This document shows, one piece after another, positions 38,941-46,677 of a stretch of 64,000 nucleotides of DNA. The stretch lies in the NCBI GenBank assembly GCA_023379265.1, contig JAMCUI010000009.1, positions 252,908 through 316,907 on the forward strand, given 5' to 3'. Both the position numbers and the translations under genes were made by a program. The notes beneath the pieces are model-generated. The model had not been told where the DNA came from, did no database searches, and saw only the letters and a program-made list of their open reading frames with translations. The DNA comes from Patescibacteria group bacterium (GTDB lineage: Bacteria > Patescibacteriota > Microgenomatia > 2-02-FULL-39-11). Position 1 is the stretch's first letter, and each line of letters opens with the position of its first letter.

Positions 38941-39828
38941 TTATGGATTAAGGTTCTTTTTTTTGAAAATAGATTTGTTATCTAAATAATAACGGTACAG
39001 TTGATCAATTGCTGATGTGAAAGGAGTAAATTTGAAACCTGATAATTCAGACAGTAATCTCTGATTATTACATGTATATTCCATATTATATCCCTGTTTT
39101 AAAATCTTTATGGGATGAGGATTATGTGTAGTTTTTTTAACTATCTCAGCCAGCGAGATTAAATCAATTTTTTCGCCTTTTCCGGCATTGTAGTGAGTAT
39201 ATTTCATGTTGTGAATAAGACAATATTCCACAATTTTTACCAGATCGTCAATGTAAATATAATCGAAAAAGACATTCTGTCTTATAACAACTGGTAAACC
39301 CAGAATTGACCGGCAGATAGCCTGGGAAATAAATCTTCTGGTATAATCCTCGTATTTTCCATAAACTCCAAAAAGTCTCAATACTACCGCATTGTCTGTT
39401 TTCTTCATAATTCTGGAAATGGTATATTTCAGTAGTCCATAATCATCTTTTGGAAGCGATAGACCGCTTTCCTTTTCAGATACATTGATAATTGGTTTTG
39501 ATTTATCGTATTCCGCTCCTGATCCGAAAACTATCACTTTGGTATCAGGATGCCTTTGTTCAAGAAGATTGTAGAAAATAGTCAAATTTTTTCCCAACAT
39601 ATCAGAAGAAAATACTCTTTTATCAGATCCTACATATAAGGCTGCATGAATTATGGCGTCGGGATTGTGTTCTTTCAAATATTCTTTGACTTTTTTCCTG
39701 TCAAGAAGATCTAGTTGCGAGTGTGATGGCGATATGGTGGAGAATTTATGTTTCAATTGTTCTGCAAGGTTATGCCCGATAAAGCCGTTTGCGCCCGTAA
39801 TCAGAATTTTTAAGTTTCTTTTATTCAT
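38941..39828 (-). CDS. NAD(P)-dependent sugar-nucleotide epimerase/reductase (RfbJ/RfbS-size; possible CDP-4-keto-dideoxyhexose reductase)
   Basis: 'KILITGANGFIGHNLAEQL' Rossmann motif. 295 aa. 'HAALYVGS'. Confidence 0.55.
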   Translation of the reverse strand: MNKRNLKILITGANGFIGHNLAEQLKHKFSTISPSHSQLDLLDRKKVKEYLKEHNPDAIIHAALYVGSDKRVFSSDMLGKNLTIFYNLLEQRHPDTKVIVFGSGAEYDKSKPIINVSEKESGLSLPKDDYGLLKYTISRIMKKTDNAVVLRLFGVYGKYEDYTRRFISQAICRSILGLPVVIRQNVFFDYIYIDDLVKIVEYCLIHNMKYTHYNAGKGEKIDLISLAEIVKKTTHNPHPIKILKQGYNMEYTCNNQRLLSELSGFKFTPFTSAIDQLYRYYLDNKSIFKKKNLNP

Positions 39829-39831
39829 ATC

Positions 39832-41013
39832 TCAGACGGCAATGCAGATGGTATCTACAAGTTCATTTGAATAATGTCTAACAAAAAGTTTATATGAAGG
39901 ATTAAGTTTTTTAATAAGAAGTATAAGTTTCCAAAGATCAGCGGCATGGTGGTAAATGGAAATAATAAGTTTAGGTTTTGTTTGTCTGATTATTTTTTTT
40001 GCACCTAACAGCGCTTCCCTTTCAACTCCTTCTATATCCATTTTAATAATAGTAGGTTTTGGTTTATCTCGGAAGAAAAAATCTAATGATGATAGTCTAA
40101 TAGACTTTGTTTTTCCGGCGTTTCCCGCAGCGTGATTATTTGATAAATTTTTCTTAATAATTCGTGAGTCAACTGATGAATTCTCACTAAAATCTATTGT
40201 GCCTTCTTTATAAAACACACCTCTTTTTATTGGAATTATTCTTTTGTGATCAATTTTCCTGGAAATTTTTTGAAGTTTTATATAGTTTGCAGTATCAGGC
40301 TCAAAGGAGTAAATTTTCATGAATTTGTTTTTTACTGTTTTACAAAAACTAAGAACGGTATCACCGTCAAAGGCACCGCAGTCAGCCAGAATTTCCTGAG
40401 AATTTAATTTTAATATACTTTCGTCAAAATAAGTCTTTTTTGACGATTGTGCTAACTTTATATATTTTTTATCCAGTGATAACCTGAATTTGATTAGATT
40501 CTCAAAAATTTTCTTTGAGTTGCTTTCCGTCAGTATTTGTTCAGTTTGCAATATGTCTATTAAGTTTCGCTTGGAAAATAAAGAGTTAAACGTATTTTCA
40601 TATTCTGATGAGATAAATATATCAGGATACAGAATATTTAGATAACCCAGAGGATAAATATACTTAAAACCTGCCTTTTTAAGAAGAGAATAAATTTCAG
40701 ATTCATACATCAGGCTGGCAACAAGAATCGGTGTGGCAAGATACAGTTTTTTGGCTGTGACAAACGAAATGATTTTTGCTTCGCCAATTTTCCTGTCATG
40801 GAGTTTTGGATTGTTATCGACTATCGCTGAAACCTTGATATTTTTTGCCTGGAGATTTTCTACAAATATTTTTCCCATTCTGGCTGCACCAAACACGACA
40901 CAGGGGATATTCCTATTGCATATTAATTCCCTTGGAGGAAAGTGTTCTTGAAGCTGTGAAAGATAGTAATTTTTATTCTTTTCCAATAAATATTTAAGGC
41001 TATTTTTTGTCAT
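39832..41013 (-). CDS. FkbM-family SAM-dependent methyltransferase with N-terminal Rossmann-like domain
   Basis: 'ILADCGAFDGDTVLSF', 'YSFEPDTANY' and 'TIIKMDIEGVEREALLGAKKII' FkbM signature. The N-terminal 'PCVVFGAARMGKI' domain is extra. Confidence 0.65.
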   Translation of the reverse strand: MTKNSLKYLLEKNKNYYLSQLQEHFPPRELICNRNIPCVVFGAARMGKIFVENLQAKNIKVSAIVDNNPKLHDRKIGEAKIISFVTAKKLYLATPILVASLMYESEIYSLLKKAGFKYIYPLGYLNILYPDIFISSEYENTFNSLFSKRNLIDILQTEQILTESNSKKIFENLIKFRLSLDKKYIKLAQSSKKTYFDESILKLNSQEILADCGAFDGDTVLSFCKTVKNKFMKIYSFEPDTANYIKLQKISRKIDHKRIIPIKRGVFYKEGTIDFSENSSVDSRIIKKNLSNNHAAGNAGKTKSIRLSSLDFFFRDKPKPTIIKMDIEGVEREALLGAKKIIRQTKPKLIISIYHHAADLWKLILLIKKLNPSYKLFVRHYSNELVDTICIAV

Positions 41014-42814
41014 AAGAAAGTGGCTTGGCTATCATATTTTTGAAAAAAATTTCCCTTGGCAGATAAGGATACATATCCTCAAGCGGTTTTGAAATCATAC
41101 TGCCGTCTGGTAAAACTTCAGAACCGATTCTGGGTATAATTTCAACAGAAGGCGCCATGTTTACACGGCAAAGTACCGGACCTTTGTGTTCTAGAACTTT
41201 TTTTATACCTCTATGTAAATCGTTATGATTTTTTATTTCGATAAAGTGCATTCCGTAAGCGTAAGCAATTTTTGAAAGGTTAGGTATAACTACTCCTGAG
41301 TTGGCATCTGAGGCAAAAAACCTCTGGCCTGCAAATTTTTTTTGAGTATTTCTTATGGATAAATAACCCTTATTGTCATAAACAAAAATCTTTAGTGGTA
41401 GTTCGTAAGTGATGAGAGTCTGGAGTTCATGAATATTAAACTGTAGTGAACCGTCACCCACAATCACAATAACTGGTTTTTTACCGGAGGCGATACTGGC
41501 GCCGATACCTGAAGGTAGTTCATAACCCATCGGGCCGCAGCCGATATTGGCTAGGAATCTTTGGTTTTTTTTCAGTCTAGCCATAAGGAAGGCGGTGGCT
41601 GAAGTGACACCGCTGCAGGTAGTTAAAATATCTCCTTCCTTAAAATAAGAAGATAGTGTATGCATAAAAAAGTAGGGGTTGACATATTTATCGCCATCTT
41701 TTAGGTATTGCGGAAGAATTTTTGGAAAGAGCGTTGTCCACCTTTTACACTTGGTTACCCAAACATCATACTCTGGTAATTTTGATTTTTCAGATTGTTG
41801 GATTAATTCTTCGATAAAAACTTTTGCATCCGCTTCTACTTTCATATATGGATTGACTGTTTTTTTATTCAGTTCATTTGCATCAATATTTACAAAAATA
41901 ATCTTTGCTTCTCTAGCAAAAGCCTGATAATTAAAACCGGTGGTTTTGAAGTTTAACCTGGCGCCAATACTGAGAACTAAATCACTATTTTGAATTATAA
42001 AATTTGCGGTTCTGTCCCCGATTATGCCGGGGTTTCCGAAATACAAAGGATATTCTTCATACATCAGGTCATTGGCGCACGAGGCCGTCAATACCGGTAT
42101 TTTTAGTATATTTACCAATTTTAGAAATGACTTGTAAGCTCCAGAAATCCTAATTCCGTTTCCAGCCAGGATGACTGGCCGGTTGGATTTTTGGAGTAAT
42201 TTTAATATTTCGTTGATAGAGTCAGAGATACTTTTTGAAGTGGTTCGATTAGTCTCTAATTCTTCAGGATCAAATTTTACCATCGATTTTTCCTCTATCT
42301 GGTGCGCCTGGATATCCAACGGAACATCAATCCAAACGGGTCCTGGGCGGCCTGTTGTGGCAAGATAAATTGCTTTTTCCAGATGATAGCGGATGCTTTG
42401 CGGATCTGTAATTCTTACAGCATATTTTGTAACGGGTTTCACGATATCAGTGATATTCAGTTCCTGTTCACCAAGCTGGCGCAAATCTGAGCCTTCCGCG
42501 GAAATTTCTGTCCTGACCTGACCGGATATATAAAGTGCCGGGACTGAATCCTGCCATTGGCAGACGATTCCAGTAAGTGAGTTACTGCCTCCGGGACCTC
42601 CCGTGACTACACAGACACCCAGTTTTCCTGTAATCTTGGAGTAAGCTTCAGCAGCCATGGCAGCTGCCTGTTCGTGGAAGGTGCAATAGTATTTTATTTT
42701 TTTACTTCTGCCGAATGAATCATTCAGATGCATTGCCAAACCGCCGGAGATCATAAAAATATCTCTGACGCCGTAATTTTCCAGGAATCGGACAATATAG
42801 TCACTGAGTTTCAT
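41000..42814 (-). CDS. ThDP-dependent acetolactate-synthase-like enzyme (YerE-like sugar-nucleotide C-branching carboligase candidate)
   Basis: 604 aa. N-terminal Pyr domain 'GGLAMHL...HEQAAAMAAEAY...GVCVVTGGPGGSNSLTG'. C-terminal ThDP-binding 'VIVIVGDGSLQFNIHELQTLITYELPLKIFVYDNKGY' (GDG...N motif). Adjacent to the ddh genes and an SDR. ThDP-enzyme family confidence is about 0.85; the specific role about 0.5. Confidence 0.6.
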   Translation of the reverse strand: MKLSDYIVRFLENYGVRDIFMISGGLAMHLNDSFGRSKKIKYYCTFHEQAAAMAAEAYSKITGKLGVCVVTGGPGGSNSLTGIVCQWQDSVPALYISGQVRTEISAEGSDLRQLGEQELNITDIVKPVTKYAVRITDPQSIRYHLEKAIYLATTGRPGPVWIDVPLDIQAHQIEEKSMVKFDPEELETNRTTSKSISDSINEILKLLQKSNRPVILAGNGIRISGAYKSFLKLVNILKIPVLTASCANDLMYEEYPLYFGNPGIIGDRTANFIIQNSDLVLSIGARLNFKTTGFNYQAFAREAKIIFVNIDANELNKKTVNPYMKVEADAKVFIEELIQQSEKSKLPEYDVWVTKCKRWTTLFPKILPQYLKDGDKYVNPYFFMHTLSSYFKEGDILTTCSGVTSATAFLMARLKKNQRFLANIGCGPMGYELPSGIGASIASGKKPVIVIVGDGSLQFNIHELQTLITYELPLKIFVYDNKGYLSIRNTQKKFAGQRFFASDANSGVVIPNLSKIAYAYGMHFIEIKNHNDLHRGIKKVLEHKGPVLCRVNMAPSVEIIPRIGSEVLPDGSMISKPLEDMYPYLPREIFFKNMIAKPLSYDKK

Positions 42815-42898
42815 AGTATATAGAACTTATTTCAAAACCCTAGCTCGCCGGATTTGAGTTATTATCCGTTAGTAAACGGTTTAGTTTTACAACAGCTA

Positions 42899-43696
42899 CT
42901 AGTGGATAGTCCAGCCGCCGTCAACAAGAAGATTGTGTCCGGTAATGTATCCCGAGATGTCCGAAGCCAAGAATAGAGTTGGTCCGACTAAATCATCTGG
43001 ACTTGCCATTCTACCCAATGGAGTAAGTTTTTCATAATTTTTGATAAAGTCGGGATTTTGATTGGCTTTTACTCCGCCAGGACTTATACAATTGACTCTG
43101 ATGTCGTATTTCCCAAAATATGAAGCGAAATATTTTGTCATCATATTTACTCCACCTTTGATAAGAGCATAAGGGGAAGGTGAGGTCATTTCCGTATTGT
43201 TATAAATGGAGAATGTCGGTGCTACCGTACCATATATGGAACTGAAATTTATAATGTTTCCTCCTTGTGGAGATTTATTTTTCATATAAACGGCAATTTT
43301 TTGAGTACAGTGGTAATAACCGCCCAGATGCATGGCAAGATTTTTCTCTACAGATGAGTAGGGCATTTCTTCAACGTTTTTTGACCAATCCTCGGTTTTG
43401 GGCCAGCTGCAGTTGATAAAAACCTCAATTTTTCCCATTTTCTGGCAGGAAAATTCAATTAATTCATCAATTGATTTTTCTTTGGTCGTATCGAATTTAT
43501 AAAATATCACTTTATTTTTTGAAGATGTATTCACCTTTTCCAGAAATTTCTGATCAGTATTTACGTCGGCAATGATAAGTTTAGATCCAGAAGAGGAAAA
43601 TCCTTTAGCGAGAACTTTACCGATAAGTCCCATTCCGCCCACAATGAGTATAGGTTTATCCTGCAGATCTGAGAAATTATATTTATTTTTATCCAT
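42899..43696 (-). CDS. Short-chain dehydrogenase/reductase (SDR), YerF-like reductase candidate
   Basis: 'ILIVGGMGLIGKVLAKGF' (TGxxxGxG-like), 'NFSSIYG' and 'SPYALIKGG' (YxxxK). 265 aa. Confidence 0.7.
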   Translation of the reverse strand: MDKNKYNFSDLQDKPILIVGGMGLIGKVLAKGFSSSGSKLIIADVNTDQKFLEKVNTSSKNKVIFYKFDTTKEKSIDELIEFSCQKMGKIEVFINCSWPKTEDWSKNVEEMPYSSVEKNLAMHLGGYYHCTQKIAVYMKNKSPQGGNIINFSSIYGTVAPTFSIYNNTEMTSPSPYALIKGGVNMMTKYFASYFGKYDIRVNCISPGGVKANQNPDFIKNYEKLTPLGRMASPDDLVGPTLFLASDISGYITGHNLLVDGGWTIH

Positions 43697-43733
43697 AAAT
43701 ATTTGATTTACATTCTATTTAATTATAATCTAT

Positions 43734-44744
43734 TCAAACTATTACACTATCCATATCGATTATTCTTTTATACTTAATCGAATCATGTGTTGCTAAAAGA
43801 AGTCTCAAGTTGGCAATTCCATCTTCAAGAGATATGGATGGATGCTTTTTATTTTTGACCTTATCAATAAATTCTTTCACTTCATCATAAAACATATTAT
43901 TTCTATTAAAACCTTTTGAATAGTCGATTACTTGTTTTCTTGGCTGATCTTCTTTTTTGTTTTTGTTGAAAATATATAATTTATTGGCAAAAAAATCTAG
44001 TTCTATACGGCCCTTATCTCCAACTATTTCCCAATATCTTTTAGGCGGGTCAAGAATATAGTCAAGATGTATTTCGGCGAGAGTGTTACTACTATATTTC
44101 ATAAGTATTTCGACATTGTCTTCAGTATTTACTCCTGTAAGTGATTTTTTACCGTTCAGAGCAATTACACACGTGGGTAGACCGAAATACCAATAAAGTA
44201 TATCCAGATCATGACAGAGAGTGTTAATCGGACCTCCGCCCAATTCTTTATTTGCCGCATAGCTTTTCTTGTAATTTTCCCAAGGATGCCAGTTTGGTAG
44301 AAACTCGCCCCAGATTACGCGTGAATATACGGGATTTCCTATAATTTTATTCTTAAGAATTTTTTTGATTCTTATAAAGGCCGGGTGATAACGGTGCATA
44401 AAGCCAATTTGGACAATTAGTTCTTTTTGTCTGACAATTTCCTGCAGTTTTTTTACTCCTTCTGTGCTATCTGATAAAGGTTTTTCTATAAAAAGGTGAC
44501 AATCTGCCTGGGCCAGTTTATTTGCCAGGTCTATATGGAGTGAGGAAGGGTTAGTGATAAAAGCAACGTCGGGTTTTTGCTTTATAGCATCTCCGAAATC
44601 CGAAAAGGTTTTAATCTCTTGTCTGACAAATCTTAACGGTTGGGTAGTGGTGCGGTAGGCGATAATATCCTTTTCGCCCATTTTTAATAGATTGTTTAAA
44701 TGTTGTTGTCCGATTGATCCTAGACCGCAAAAAAGAAATTTCAT
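43734..44744 (-). CDS. Gfo/Idh/MocA-family NAD(P)-dependent oxidoreductase
   Basis: 'MKFLFCGLGSIGQQHLNNL' and 'LFIEKPLSDSTEGVKKL' (EKP motif). 336 aa. Confidence 0.7.
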   Translation of the reverse strand: MKFLFCGLGSIGQQHLNNLLKMGEKDIIAYRTTTQPLRFVRQEIKTFSDFGDAIKQKPDVAFITNPSSLHIDLANKLAQADCHLFIEKPLSDSTEGVKKLQEIVRQKELIVQIGFMHRYHPAFIRIKKILKNKIIGNPVYSRVIWGEFLPNWHPWENYKKSYAANKELGGGPINTLCHDLDILYWYFGLPTCVIALNGKKSLTGVNTEDNVEILMKYSSNTLAEIHLDYILDPPKRYWEIVGDKGRIELDFFANKLYIFNKNKKEDQPRKQVIDYSKGFNRNNMFYDEVKEFIDKVKNKKHPSISLEDGIANLRLLLATHDSIKYKRIIDMDSVIV

Positions 44745-45716
44745 TTATTTTGAGTAATAATTGGTATACCAGTTATAGATATTTTTCATGGTATTTTTGA
44801 TCGTATACTCCGGTTTCCAGCCGACTGTTTTTCTGATTTTAGTCCAATCAAGCGACTGGTAAGGAATCTCGTTTTTGGCAGTATTTATAATCTTATATTT
44901 TATCTTCATATCCAAAACTTTTTCCAAAAGTCCAATGAGATCTAACACTGAAAACGAATCATCTGAGCCGAAATTGTAGGCTTCGCCTTTGGTCTTTGCT
45001 ATATTTTGCGCCAAAAGCAGATAGCCCCTGACGACATCTTTAACATATAAATAATCCCTTATATATTTGCCATTGCTTCTAATAAGAAATGTTTGTTTCT
45101 TAACTATTGCTTCCATTATTCCGGGAATTATCCTGGAAAAATGCATATCTCCCTCACCGTAAATATTGCCAAAGCGAGTGATTGTTGTTGGTAAACCGTA
45201 TGTTTTGTAATAAGAATAGGAGATCAGGTCCGCAGATGATTTTGAAACCTCATAGGGATGGTCGCCACGGAGGGGATCGGATTCAGAATATTTTAATTGA
45301 GAATTGAGAATTTTACCGTATGCCTTGTCGGAAGACGCAACGATAATAGCATGAGTTTTACCAAATAGCCTTGTTGCTTCAAGGAGATTTATTGTACCGA
45401 CTATGTTTGAGTAAAGTGTGGTTTTGGGGTTTTTATAAGCGATATCTACTAAAGGTTGGGCGGCTAGATGAAAGATGCAGTCTGGTTTGACATTGAAAAC
45501 CATTTTTTCTACTGCTTTATAACCTGACAGTTCAATCCTGATGATCTTTGTTTTTCGTTCAAGACCCTGAGTAGCAAAATAGGAATTGGTTGGTATATTA
45601 TGGTGAGTGGTGACGGTGATGTCTGCTTTTGTTTTTGCCAATTCTTCAGCTAGATGCGATCCGACAAATCCAGTCGCTCCGGTTATAAGTATGTTTTTAT
45701 AGTTGAAATTTGTCAT
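44745..45716 (-). CDS. ddhB: CDP-glucose 4,6-dehydratase
   Basis: 'KNILITGATGFVGSHL', 'FHLAAQPLVDIAYKNPKTTLYSNIVGTINLLEA', 'SSDKAYG' and 'PYEVSKSSADL' parallel RfbG. The ATG at 45716 is 1 nt after the ddhA stop; the track ORF extends further. Confidence 0.8.
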   Translation of the reverse strand: MTNFNYKNILITGATGFVGSHLAEELAKTKADITVTTHHNIPTNSYFATQGLERKTKIIRIELSGYKAVEKMVFNVKPDCIFHLAAQPLVDIAYKNPKTTLYSNIVGTINLLEATRLFGKTHAIIVASSDKAYGKILNSQLKYSESDPLRGDHPYEVSKSSADLISYSYYKTYGLPTTITRFGNIYGEGDMHFSRIIPGIMEAIVKKQTFLIRSNGKYIRDYLYVKDVVRGYLLLAQNIAKTKGEAYNFGSDDSFSVLDLIGLLEKVLDMKIKYKIINTAKNEIPYQSLDWTKIRKTVGWKPEYTIKNTMKNIYNWYTNYYSK

Positions 45717-45717
45717 C

Positions 45718-46497
45718 TCACTTCCATACCTTCCACGGCGGATTTTCGCTGTTCCAGATGCCGTTGAGCTCGTCATATTCCTTGTTAGTGTCGACAGCAT
45801 ACCAGAAGCCGGTATGCTTGTAGATGGAAAGCTGAGAAATTTTGGCCAGTCGGGTGAGGGCCGCATGTTCCAACTCTGCCGGTTTCTGGTACTTAAAATA
45901 ATCCCTCTTGAAGACCATATATCCGCCGTTTGCCCAGTCGGACATATAAGGTTTTTCCTTAAACTCCACGATTTTGCTGTCGTTTCCTACTTTTACCACT
46001 CCAAACTTAAATTTTGGATGGATTCCAGTGATGGTTCCTATCGTGTTTTGTTTCTTATGGAACTGCACCAGTTTTCCGATATCAAGGTTCGTCACCCCGT
46101 CTCCATAAGTCACCATAAAATTTTTATCACTTTTAGGGATATAACTTTCACAAAGAAGAATCCTTTCTCCCGGAAGGGTATCCATACCCGTATCTACAAA
46201 AGTGATTTTGAAATCGTCTATTTCTTTTCTGTGTTCCCAGTGATAGGCGGTTTTGTGGGTTTTTGTCTCGAGTGTAAAATCTGTGGTAAAAGCTTTCTGG
46301 TTGAGGAAAAAATCCTTGATATAGTTGGCCTTATAACCTAAAGCCAAAATAAATTCGTTAAAGCCGTAATGGGCGTATATTTTCATAATATGCCAGATTA
46401 TTGGTTTTCCGCCAATATTTATCATCGGTTTTGGTTTGTATTCAGTTTCCTCTTTGAGTCTGGTACCTGTACCACCGCATAAAATTATTGTTTTCAT
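45718..46497 (-). CDS. ddhA: Glucose-1-phosphate cytidylyltransferase
   Basis: 'MKTIILCGGTGTRLKEETEYKPKPMINIGGKPIIWHIMKIYAHYGFNEFILALGYK' is near-identical in pattern to RfbF '[42 protein letters not shown]'. Confidence 0.85.
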   Translation of the reverse strand: MKTIILCGGTGTRLKEETEYKPKPMINIGGKPIIWHIMKIYAHYGFNEFILALGYKANYIKDFFLNQKAFTTDFTLETKTHKTAYHWEHRKEIDDFKITFVDTGMDTLPGERILLCESYIPKSDKNFMVTYGDGVTNLDIGKLVQFHKKQNTIGTITGIHPKFKFGVVKVGNDSKIVEFKEKPYMSDWANGGYMVFKRDYFKYQKPAELEHAALTRLAKISQLSIYKHTGFWYAVDTNKEYDELNGIWNSENPPWKVWK

Positions 46498-46659
46498 ACA
46501 GCCTGGATTATAGCAGAACTGGTTGTAAGTTGTTAGTTTTGGGTTGTGAGTGGAGAATGGCTAAATTTTATTATTTAAGAATTAGTAAATTTGTTCATTG
46601 ATCAAAAATTAGAAATTATAATTGAAAATTATACTTGGGCATTATGAGTAGTTCTATAG

Positions 46660-46665
46660 TATAAT
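46660..46665 (+). promoter_or_regulatory. Candidate -10 element (TATAAT) in the divergent intergenic region
   Basis: TATAAT at 46660-46665 within 'tctatagtataattatg', 12 nt upstream of the ATG at 46678. The 180-nt AT-rich spacer separates the minus-strand ddhA start from the plus-strand carbamoyltransferase start. Confidence 0.3.
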
Positions 46666-46677
46666 TATGAAGTTTTT

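Noticed and set aside
42815-42898. CCGTT-TACTA-AACGG hairpin (minus-strand sense) in the 84-nt gap between the SDR and ThDP-enzyme genes
   Set aside because: A 5-bp stem with no U-run. The genes are probably co-transcribed, and I could not distinguish an attenuator from noise.
45703-46341. 212-aa plus-strand ORF antisense to ddhA
   Set aside because: The minus-strand frame encodes a protein nearly collinear with RfbF. The plus-strand product has no motifs and is the mirror-frame artefact.
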